A stretch of DNA of 41,957 nt from a virus: IMG/VR virus record IMGVR_UViG_3300045988_159394, positions 1-41,957 of that record, one strand, 5' to 3'. The notes below the pieces were generated by a model that was not told the origin of the DNA, did no database searches, and was given only the letters and a program-made list of their open reading frames with translations. Made by a program: the position numbers and the translations under genes. Numbering within the stretch: the stretch's first letter is position 1; each line of letters starts with the position of its first letter. Positions 36,327 through 41,957 of this stretch are shown here, one piece after another.

Positions 36327-36498
36327 CTCCTTCTACGAAGCCAATCAACTGAGTTTTCGTACACCGGACGGTACGCCCATACCGGAACCCGATTTCATGA
36401 ATGATTTCGTAAGCCTGGTTCATACCAATTCGCAAAAATTTTGCCACATCTTTTGCCGTTAAAATTGGGGGTAATCCCTTGTAAATGTCTTGATTCAT
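36280..36498 (-). CDS. Small HTH DNA-binding protein (excisionase/AlpA-like candidate)
   Basis: LTAKDVAKFLRIGMNQAYEIIHE helix-turn-helix. Overlaps the neighbouring ORF out of frame. Confidence 0.4.
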   Translation of the reverse strand: MNQDIYKGLPPILTAKDVAKFLRIGMNQAYEIIHEIGFRYGRTVRCTKTQLIGFVEGGERNEDRTAGTTTMD

Positions 36499-36518
36499 AT
36501 TTCCGCGCCTCCTTTTCT

Positions 36519-36758
36519 TTATAGAATCCAGTCCTTCTCCTGTTTTAAGATGTCGTATATCATGGCCGGCACATTGTCACAAGCGATATTCACATACTGT
36601 ACCGACCCAGACAACAGATCCGTTACCTCGACCAGTTCATTCCCCAGGAGAACAAACTGGAAATGCTTGTCATCCAATGCCAGCATCCTTTCAAAGTAAT
36701 ACAATGCTTTTACTTTTTTTCGTCGCTCTTCCATAATCAAATCATCTATCTGGATCAT
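36519..36758 (-). CDS. Hypothetical protein (79 aa)
   Basis: RBS GGAGGAGAAAGGAG-ATG. Confidence 0.5.
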   Translation of the reverse strand: MIQIDDLIMEERRKKVKALYYFERMLALDDKHFQFVLLGNELVEVTDLLSGSVQYVNIACDNVPAMIYDILKQEKDWIL

Positions 36759-36777
36759 CTCCTTTCTCCTCCCGGTC

Positions 36778-36786
36778 TGGTATAAT
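36778..36786 (+). promoter_or_regulatory. Extended -10 promoter TGGTATAAT for the plus-strand gene 36810..37253
   Basis: Same nonamer as at 25846; followed by GAAGGGAGGTGA and then ATG. Confidence 0.5.
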
Positions 36787-36809
36787 GACCATGAAGGGAG
36801 GTGATAACT

Positions 36810-37253
36810 ATGCGTATTAATATAGATTTGCTAAGGAACATTCTTTTAGATGTTGCTGATTGTCCAGCGTTAACAGTTGCTAATAGCCATTGTTTTACCT
36901 ATCCGCAAACATCTCAAGCTGAAATCAATTACCATATTTACCTTTTAGTTAATCAAGGGTATTTAAGTGGTATCGATGCAAGTTCAAAAACAGCCCCATA
37001 CTATTATTTGAACATCGGGTTGACGTTAACAGGCCAATCCTTTTTAGACTCCGTATCTGATGATACTGTTTGGAAGAAAACAAAATCTTATATGAAAGAA
37101 CACGCTATTGAACTTTCATTTAAGCAATATCATTTGTTGCAACTCATATTTCTACTACTTAATTTTTCGATTTCCCCGGCAATTGATTGGTCTAATATGA
37201 GCATCAATTGCCGGGTATTTTTCCTGTCCCAATGCGGGACGGTTTTCATTTGA
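36810..37253 (+). CDS. Plus-strand moron, DUF2513-like protein (family assignment tentative)
   Basis: MRINIDLLRNILLDVAD...YHIYLLVNQGYLSG. Own promoter and RBS. The 3' third overlaps a well-supported minus-strand ORF, so the true C-terminus is uncertain. Confidence 0.45.
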   Translation: MRINIDLLRNILLDVADCPALTVANSHCFTYPQTSQAEINYHIYLLVNQGYLSGIDASSKTAPYYYLNIGLTLTGQSFLDSVSDDTVWKKTKSYMKEHAIELSFKQYHLLQLIFLLLNFSISPAIDWSNMSINCRVFFLSQCGTVFI

Positions 37254-37339
37254 TCAATGAAATAATTTTCCATCGTAATCAGCGTCTGTAATCTCATTAA
37301 TTGGAAACGCCGACTATCTGGCTGTTCTTCTTTTATCAT
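37130..37339 (-). CDS. Hypothetical protein (69 aa)
   Basis: RBS GTAAGGAGGG-7nt-ATG. Confidence 0.5.
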   Translation of the reverse strand: MIKEEQPDSRRFQLMRLQTLITMENYFIDQMKTVPHWDRKNTRQLMLILDQSIAGEIEKLSSRNMSCNK

Positions 37340-37422
37340 GTGTATGCCCTCCTTACAATTCCAATACCACTCTCGATATAGTGAAAGATTTGGGAATAGC
37401 TATTACAAAGCAATGGTTAGGC

Positions 37423-37593
37423 TTATAATTCTTCCCATAAATCCATAGTCTGCAATTTGGCTTTCACAACTTCCATAATGGCCTTTACTTGATAAAACTT
37501 CACATGGTTCATTGCTAATACAGAAATAATTTCGTTAGCAATATTTTCATAATGGGTCCTGTCTTCGCAGGGCCTTTTTTCCTTGTTTGTCAT
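37423..37593 (-). CDS. Small protein (56 aa), absent from the ORF track
   Basis: Translated by hand: MTNKEKRPCEDRTHYENIANEIISVLAMNHVKFYQVKAIMEVVKAKLQTMDLWEEL. RBS AAGGAGG-7nt-ATG. Confidence 0.5.
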   Translation of the reverse strand: MTNKEKRPCEDRTHYENIANEIISVLAMNHVKFYQVKAIMEVVKAKLQTMDLWEEL

Positions 37594-37612
37594 GTGCTCG
37601 CCTCCTTGAGCT

Positions 37613-37834
37613 CTAATTTTTTGTATCTTTTAAAGATACTTCATCAGTAAAAAAAATATCTTCGATGCTCTTGTTTAAGATAGATGAAACTTTCTTAGCG
37701 TCATCAAGAGAGAATTTTGTACTCCCGTTCTCTTTCTTACTATAAGCGCTCTTCGTTTCGAGCCCAAGAACTTCAGCCATATCTTCACATGTCAGGCCTT
37801 TTTCTTTTCTTAACGCTCTAAGTCTTTCAAACAT
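37613..37834 (-). CDS. Cro-like XRE-family HTH regulator
   Basis: MFERLRALRKEKGLTCEDMAEVLGLETKSAYSKKENG. RBS AGGGGGTGA. Divergent from the repressor gene. Confidence 0.75.
   Translation of the reverse strand: MFERLRALRKEKGLTCEDMAEVLGLETKSAYSKKENGSTKFSLDDAKKVSSILNKSIEDIFFTDEVSLKDTKN
37622..37638. promoter_or_regulatory. Distal operator-like perfect palindrome GTATCTTTTAAAGATAC
   Basis: Carries the same GTATC/GATAC half-sites as the switch-region operators; lies at the 3' end of the cro-like gene. Confidence 0.4.
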
Positions 37835-37865
37835 CTTCTCACCCCCTATCAAGTGTTTCCTCTTG

Positions 37866-37908
37866 GGATACTTAAAGTATACGAGTTATTTTGTATCTTG
37901 TCAAGATA
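37866..37908. promoter_or_regulatory. Genetic-switch operators: palindromes GATACTTAAAGTATAC and TATCTTGTCAAGATA overlapping the P-cro -10 and -35
   Basis: GTATC/GATAC pentamers recur at least 7 times between 37860 and 38010. P-cro on the minus strand is TTGACA (37899-37904), 17 nt, TATACT (37876-37881). Confidence 0.6.
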
Positions 37909-37943
37909 TATCGAAAGTAAAATTTCCAATTAGGAAACTCCCA

Positions 37944-37972
37944 TTGAGTATCTTTAATGGAAACATTATAAT
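37944..37972 (+). promoter_or_regulatory. Putative repressor promoter TTGAGT-17-TATAAT
   Basis: Read directly. A GTATCTTTAA half-site overlaps the spacer. Confidence 0.45.
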
Positions 37973-38020
37973 TTACATAGAATCGTTTTCGGATACTTTA
38001 TATAAAGGTCAGGTGATAAA

Positions 38021-38440
38021 TTGATGAACAGAGTTAAAGAATTACGAAAACAAAAACATATCACACAGGAAGAATTAGGGAAAGTGCTCGATATCCAAAA
38101 GGCAGCCATTTCTAAATATGAAAATGGTCGTGCAGAACCAAGCACAGAAGTGCTCAAGAAGATGTCCGCCTATTTTGGCGTATCTATTGATTATTTGCTT
38201 GGCAATTCTACATCAAAAGAGATTCCCAACTCTAATCTTCCACCGCTTACCCCTAAAGATGAACGTGACATAGCGCGTGATCTTGAAAATATGATAGAAT
38301 CACTGGACGGATCCGCGGCCATGGGGAGTACCGAAGACGATGAAGACCGCGAGCTATTACGGGCCTCCTTGGAAACGGCCATGAAGATAGCCAAACGGAC
38401 CGCCAAGAAGAAGTTCACCCCGAAAAAATATCAGAAATAA
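38021..38440 (+). CDS. XRE-family HTH repressor (CI/ImmR-like)
   Basis: N-terminal VKELRKQKHITQEELGKVLDIQKAAISKYENGRAEPS; acidic C-terminal tail; followed by the ImmA-like protease gene. Confidence 0.8.
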   Translation: MMNRVKELRKQKHITQEELGKVLDIQKAAISKYENGRAEPSTEVLKKMSAYFGVSIDYLLGNSTSKEIPNSNLPPLTPKDERDIARDLENMIESLDGSAAMGSTEDDEDRELLRASLETAMKIAKRTAKKKFTPKKYQK

Positions 38441-38467
38441 GTTATTCTTTAAAGGTGGTGATGCTCT

Positions 38468-38893
38468 ATGGATGTAAAAAAAATCGCCGTACAAACGGCG
38501 AAAAAATATCAAACATGGAATCCATATGAAATTGCAGAGGCTCGCGGCGTACAAATCATATATGCTCCGCTAAAGTCTATTCTCGGCTATTACACAAAAT
38601 ACAAACGGATTCAATGCATCATTCTGAATGATAATCTTCCCTCCCATTTGCAACGCTTCGTCTGTGCCCACGAGCTCGGCCATTCCATTTGTCATACCAA
38701 CTTGAATACGCAGTGGCTGAGAAAAAACACTCTGGTATCGACAGACAGAATCGAACGGGAAGCCAGCACCTTTGCCGTCGAACTGCTATTGCCTGATGAC
38801 CTCATCCGGGAATATCCCGAATACACCCTCGAACGCCTAGGGAAAATAGCCGGAATACCTCTTGATTTATGTTTTTTGAAGAAGTTCTATTGA
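38468..38893 (+). CDS. ImmA/IrrE-family zinc metalloprotease (anti-repressor protease)
   Basis: HEXXH motif CAHELGHSICH; 141 aa; directly downstream of the XRE repressor gene. Confidence 0.75.
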   Translation: MDVKKIAVQTAKKYQTWNPYEIAEARGVQIIYAPLKSILGYYTKYKRIQCIILNDNLPSHLQRFVCAHELGHSICHTNLNTQWLRKNTLVSTDRIEREASTFAVELLLPDDLIREYPEYTLERLGKIAGIPLDLCFLKKFY

Positions 38894-38915
38894 ATTACGA
38901 AACTATATAAATGAG

Positions 38916-39566
38916 GTGAATATTATGCACATTTTTTCAGGTCTTATAGCGCTGCTTGCGCTAGGTCTACTAATTTTCGGATTTATAAAAAAGGATACAT
39001 TAAGATTGCATCAGGATGAATCCCAGGTCACATTCAAGCAATATGTCTTGAGCTGTCTTTTTTTTCTTGTCTTGGGAGGAATCTGCTTCATTATAACTGA
39101 TTCCCCAAGTGAATCTAACAACGCTCCGGCAACGCAGCCAACCAAACAAGAACAGCAGAATACAGGGTCAGCAAAGGATTCCGCTAGTACGCCGGCAGAA
39201 CAAATCGAACAAATTTGTCGGCAAAAAGCAGGGGACAAACACTTTACTAAAGTTGAAGTCAACGAAGACATGTCTAAAGAAAATTTTGGTAAAGGGAAAT
39301 TAATTGTTTTGCCTTATGTTAAAGATGAAGCAGGATTCCGGCAAACGGGTTTCGCATTGTCTGGGGAAATTATCCGAGCCCTCTATGAATCTGGACTGTC
39401 GATTTCGGAGGTCACCGTCTTCATTCAGGATATGAGTGAACACACGACCATGAAATGTACCATGAATGAAAAAACTGCTAAGAACATCAACTGGGATACT
39501 GTATCATATAAGCATTTTGATAAATACCTGGACGATGTATGGATGATTCCACAACTGCGTAAATAG
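38916..39566 (+). CDS. 2-TM membrane protein with an extracytoplasmic domain (candidate superinfection-exclusion / lysogenic conversion protein)
   Basis: TM1 IFSGLIALLALGLLIFGF, TM2 VLSCLFFLVLGGICFII; AT-rich; located between the repressor and int. Confidence 0.5.
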   Translation: MNIMHIFSGLIALLALGLLIFGFIKKDTLRLHQDESQVTFKQYVLSCLFFLVLGGICFIITDSPSESNNAPATQPTKQEQQNTGSAKDSASTPAEQIEQICRQKAGDKHFTKVEVNEDMSKENFGKGKLIVLPYVKDEAGFRQTGFALSGEIIRALYESGLSISEVTVFIQDMSEHTTMKCTMNEKTAKNINWDTVSYKHFDKYLDDVWMIPQLRK

Positions 39567-39568
39567 CC

Positions 39569-39808
39569 ATGGAAGGCGATGTCGTCATCGTGAAGAAGCA
39601 GCCGACCGTCGATTCCGGCGACATCGCCATCGTCCTGGTCAATGGCGATGAGGCCACCGTGAAGCGCGTCAAGAAACAGCCCGAAGGAATTACCCTCATC
39701 GCCACCAACACCAGCGTGTACGAGCCCCATTTCTATTCCAACAAAGAAATCGCCGACCTTCCAGTCCGTATCCTCGGAAGAGTCGTGGAGTTGCGGGGGA
39801 AGATGTAA
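39569..39808 (+). pseudogene. Stand-alone, GC-rich S24 (LexA/CI) peptidase C-terminal domain fragment that lacks the Ser nucleophile
   Basis: MEGDVVIVKK...GDIAIVLVNGDEATVKRVKK...GRVVE aligns to LexA from the M of GDSM onward. The Lys is present and the Ser is absent. About 58% GC against about 38% in the neighbours. Confidence 0.5.
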
Positions 39809-39828
39809 CATAGGAAAGGATGTGTATT

Positions 39829-40299
39829 ATGAGCGAATTACCAATAGATGTTGAAATAATCCTTCATGAAGCGAAACAGTTTTTAGATAGCCATGCTGAT
39901 TTCCCTGCATTACACAATACGATAAAATTAAATGGACTTGGGCAAAGAACTAAATATGAGTATATCGTAGACGTAAATCGAAAATACTGCTCGTTAAACC
40001 GAATCACTTACCATCAGCGCGTATTTACAAACGTCACGTTACTTCGCCTGGACATCGACACGAAGCCGCATCGGAATCCAGATGGCCAAAAAATAAGCGG
40101 CACACATTTACATGTGTACCGCGAAGGTTATGGAGATAGCTGGGCATATGAATTGAATGATCCGGCATTACATAATTTATGGCCAGAATTTGATTTTTCC
40201 ACTCTAACCCAAGGGGATTTAGTTAATAAGTTTTACGCCTTTGCTAATCTTTGCAATTTTACGAATGAAATTTTATTTGGCACACCATTAGATATTTAG
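39829..40299 (+). CDS. Hypothetical accessory protein (157 aa), AT-rich
   Basis: RBS GGAAAGGA-9nt-ATG (MSELPIDV...). Confidence 0.5.
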   Translation: MSELPIDVEIILHEAKQFLDSHADFPALHNTIKLNGLGQRTKYEYIVDVNRKYCSLNRITYHQRVFTNVTLLRLDIDTKPHRNPDGQKISGTHLHVYREGYGDSWAYELNDPALHNLWPEFDFSTLTQGDLVNKFYAFANLCNFTNEILFGTPLDI

Positions 40300-40304
40300 C
40301 TAGA

Positions 40305-41063
40305 TTAAGCAAAAACTTTAACGTTAGCTTCACGATCAGACCATAGAAGTGGGCTTATATCATATTGACGGAAACTTGCTACAACAGAATCATTGATTTT
40401 TTGGCTATCATTAATAAGAACAATTAATTTTTCGTCGTTACCACGTGCTTCTTTCGTATCTCCCCAAGAAAAAATGATTCGTTCCGCATTGGAACGGCTA
40501 ACCGTATTCATTAGATTGATAAAACGTTGAGGGTTTCTTTTATTACGTTGCAACACGAAATGATACGTATGGCTGAACCCTGATTTCCCCATGACGCTCA
40601 TCCCTTCGGAATAATAAATTTCATGGGAATCAAAAAACAGCTTCACTTCTTCAAAAAAGAGGCTTTTGATGTTTGGTGACGACAAATAGAACATATCATT
40701 AATATCCAACATCCCTTGGATTATACGGTGTTGGATAGAAGGCAATTCCGATTTAGAGCATTCCGCATAAAGGGCTTCTTGCTTTTCATCCAATTTAATG
40801 CCTAAACGATTCAAGGATTGTTGTAATAATTCTTTCCGTTTAGGAGTGTTGAAGTCCATCCCGCACATTGATAAATCAGCTAACGTATATCCGCCATCGC
40901 TGACTTTAAATAGGCCATCGTGCATGTCTTTAACGTAAATTTGCGTATAATCATTGTGCCGGTCCAAAAAGGGAGTAGTTATTTCGCATAATCCTGGCTC
41001 AATTTCAGTCTGAGTCATATTGTCTTTGAGCCATTTTAAATAATTATCGATATGGTCAATCAT
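40305..41063 (-). CDS. Hypothetical accessory protein (about 252 aa), AT-rich, convergent with 39829..40299
   Basis: Start placed at MIDHIDNY with AAGGGGGGGTGA-4nt-ATG. The ORF track's longer frame would run into the int start. Confidence 0.5.
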   Translation of the reverse strand: MIDHIDNYLKWLKDNMTQTEIEPGLCEITTPFLDRHNDYTQIYVKDMHDGLFKVSDGGYTLADLSMCGMDFNTPKRKELLQQSLNRLGIKLDEKQEALYAECSKSELPSIQHRIIQGMLDINDMFYLSSPNIKSLFFEEVKLFFDSHEIYYSEGMSVMGKSGFSHTYHFVLQRNKRNPQRFINLMNTVSRSNAERIIFSWGDTKEARGNDEKLIVLINDSQKINDSVVASFRQYDISPLLWSDREANVKVFA

Positions 41064-41193
41064 ATAATCACCCCCCCTTATATTCTTCATTTTAGCACAC
41101 CTGTTCTTGACCAAACAAGATAAAAATAGAAAAATGCCGGCACCATGCTGGAGCACGATACCGAGAGATGCCGACAAAGGAAGGAGGTAAAGC

Positions 41194-41957
41194 ATGCACG
41201 TTTACAAAAAGCCGTCAGGGCTATGGGCCTATAAAATTGACATTGGTAAAAACCCCCGAACTGGGAAACGGCAGCAGAAAGAAAAAGGTGGTTTTAAGCG
41301 GGCAAAGGATGCCAGGATAGCTGGTGAAGAAGCACTGCAGCGGTATCGGAACAAGGGCTTTGCACGCCCGGAAGCGGTGACGTTTGGCGATTTTGCCCAG
41401 GAATGGCTGAAGGCATACGCGGTTTCCGCCAAAATATCATCCGTCCGGATCCGGAAGCATCAGCTGGGGCACCTCAACCGGTACTTTGAAAAAATCCCTA
41501 TCCAGGGAATCCATAAGAAGCAATACCAGGACGCCTTATTGTCCCTTGCAAAGACGCTTGCTCCTAATACTATTTCAGGGATTCATGCCACGGCCAAAAT
41601 GATTTTCAAACGGGCCATAGAATATGAGCTTATCTATTCAGACCCGACGGAGTTTGCTACAGTACCCCGGCCAAAGCGGAAAATCGTAGATCCAGACGAA
41701 AATGTGCCCGCCTATCTGGAAAAGTCTCAGCTTCTCGATTTCCTGCAAACAGCCAAAGAAAAAGGAATCACGCCCGATTATCCTTTATTTATGCTTCTGG
41801 CTTATACGGGCTTGCGGATTGGAGAGGCCCTGGCTCTCACCTGGGAAGATATAGACTTCAAGAAGAATGTGGTCAAGGTATCAAAAACACTCTACAATCC
41901 GACGAATAACGCTGAAAAATATGAGCTTCTCCCTCCAAAAACTGAAACGTCGGTCCG
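41194..41957 (+). CDS. Tyrosine integrase, N-terminal part (AP2-like arm-binding domain); continues at window position 1
   Basis: RBS AAGGAGGT-5nt-ATG. MHVYKKPSGLWAYKIDIGKNPRTGKRQQKEKGGFKRAKDARIAGEEAL. In frame with 1..534. Confidence 0.9.
   Translation, partial: MHVYKKPSGLWAYKIDIGKNPRTGKRQQKEKGGFKRAKDARIAGEEALQRYRNKGFARPEAVTFGDFAQEWLKAYAVSAKISSVRIRKHQLGHLNRYFEKIPIQGIHKKQYQDALLSLAKTLAPNTISGIHATAKMIFKRAIEYELIYSDPTEFATVPRPKRKIVDPDENVPAYLEKSQLLDFLQTAKEKGITPDYPLFMLLAYTGLRIGEALALTWEDIDFKKNVVKVSKTLYNPTNNAEKYELLPPKTETSV
41839..41957. repeat. Terminal redundancy: these bases duplicate positions 1..119 exactly, marking the window as a circular genome
   Basis: Exact 119-nt identity read directly from the sequence. 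Confidence 0.95.

Noticed and set aside
41064-41195. Long version of the minus-strand ORF 40305..41195
   Set aside because: It would overlap the integrase RBS and start and has no RBS of its own. The internal start MIDHIDNY has a strong AAGGGGGGGTGA RBS.
1-41957. CRISPR arrays, tRNA or tmRNA genes, DGR or retron reverse transcriptases
   Set aside because: No regularly spaced direct repeats, no tRNA-like acceptor or T-arm in the attP region, and no RT-like ORF anywhere.

Overview
The window is a complete, circularly permuted temperate phage genome of about 41.8 kb: bases 41839..41957 repeat bases 1..119 exactly, and the lambda-type tyrosine integrase gene runs 41194..end and continues in frame into 1..534. 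The tail is PBSX-like and contractile, and the host looks like a Firmicute (AAGGAGG-type RBS, about 48% GC). Almost everything is on the minus strand, reading right to left: late-activator and small-gene block (26.2-29.1 kb); replication module 29.4-35.8 kb (PrimPol/AAA_25 primase-helicase, DEAD-box helicase, DUF669, Sak4-like ATPase, Rad50-like ATPase) with an iteron-like putative origin at 29.16-29.38 kb; packaging and head genes 25.5-18.5 kb (terS, terL, portal, scaffold, major capsid, MuF minor head protein, connectors); tail genes 18.1-6.3 kb (sheath, tube, XkdN-like chaperone with an A_AAA_AAC -1 frameshift, TP901-type tape measure, XkdP/Q/R/S/T/U, tail-collar and tail fibres); lysis genes 2.4-1.4 kb (holin, Amidase_3 endolysin). 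The plus strand carries the lysogeny module (XRE repressor, ImmA-like metalloprotease, 2-TM membrane protein, GC-rich truncated S24 fragment, accessory genes, integrase) and two small morons that each have a TGGTATAAT promoter. The most unusual region is 3.0-5.4 kb, where a second lambda-type tyrosine recombinase sits between the lysis genes and the tail fibres. Beside it is a mirrored tail-fibre-tip cassette set: [99-aa fibre N-terminal paralogue then 161-aa partner] on the minus strand, converging on [start-less inverted paralogue then 66-aa partner] on the plus strand. The two meet at a 38-bp palindrome, and a degenerate inverted copy of the fibre 5' end lies next to the recombinase start. 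This looks like a G-segment-like receptor-binding-protein switch, possibly decayed, driven by a tyrosine rather than a serine recombinase. The coordinates I placed by hand can be off by 1-3 nt, because my reading of the printed sequence sometimes differed slightly from the ORF track; ORF-track coordinates are used wherever they exist.
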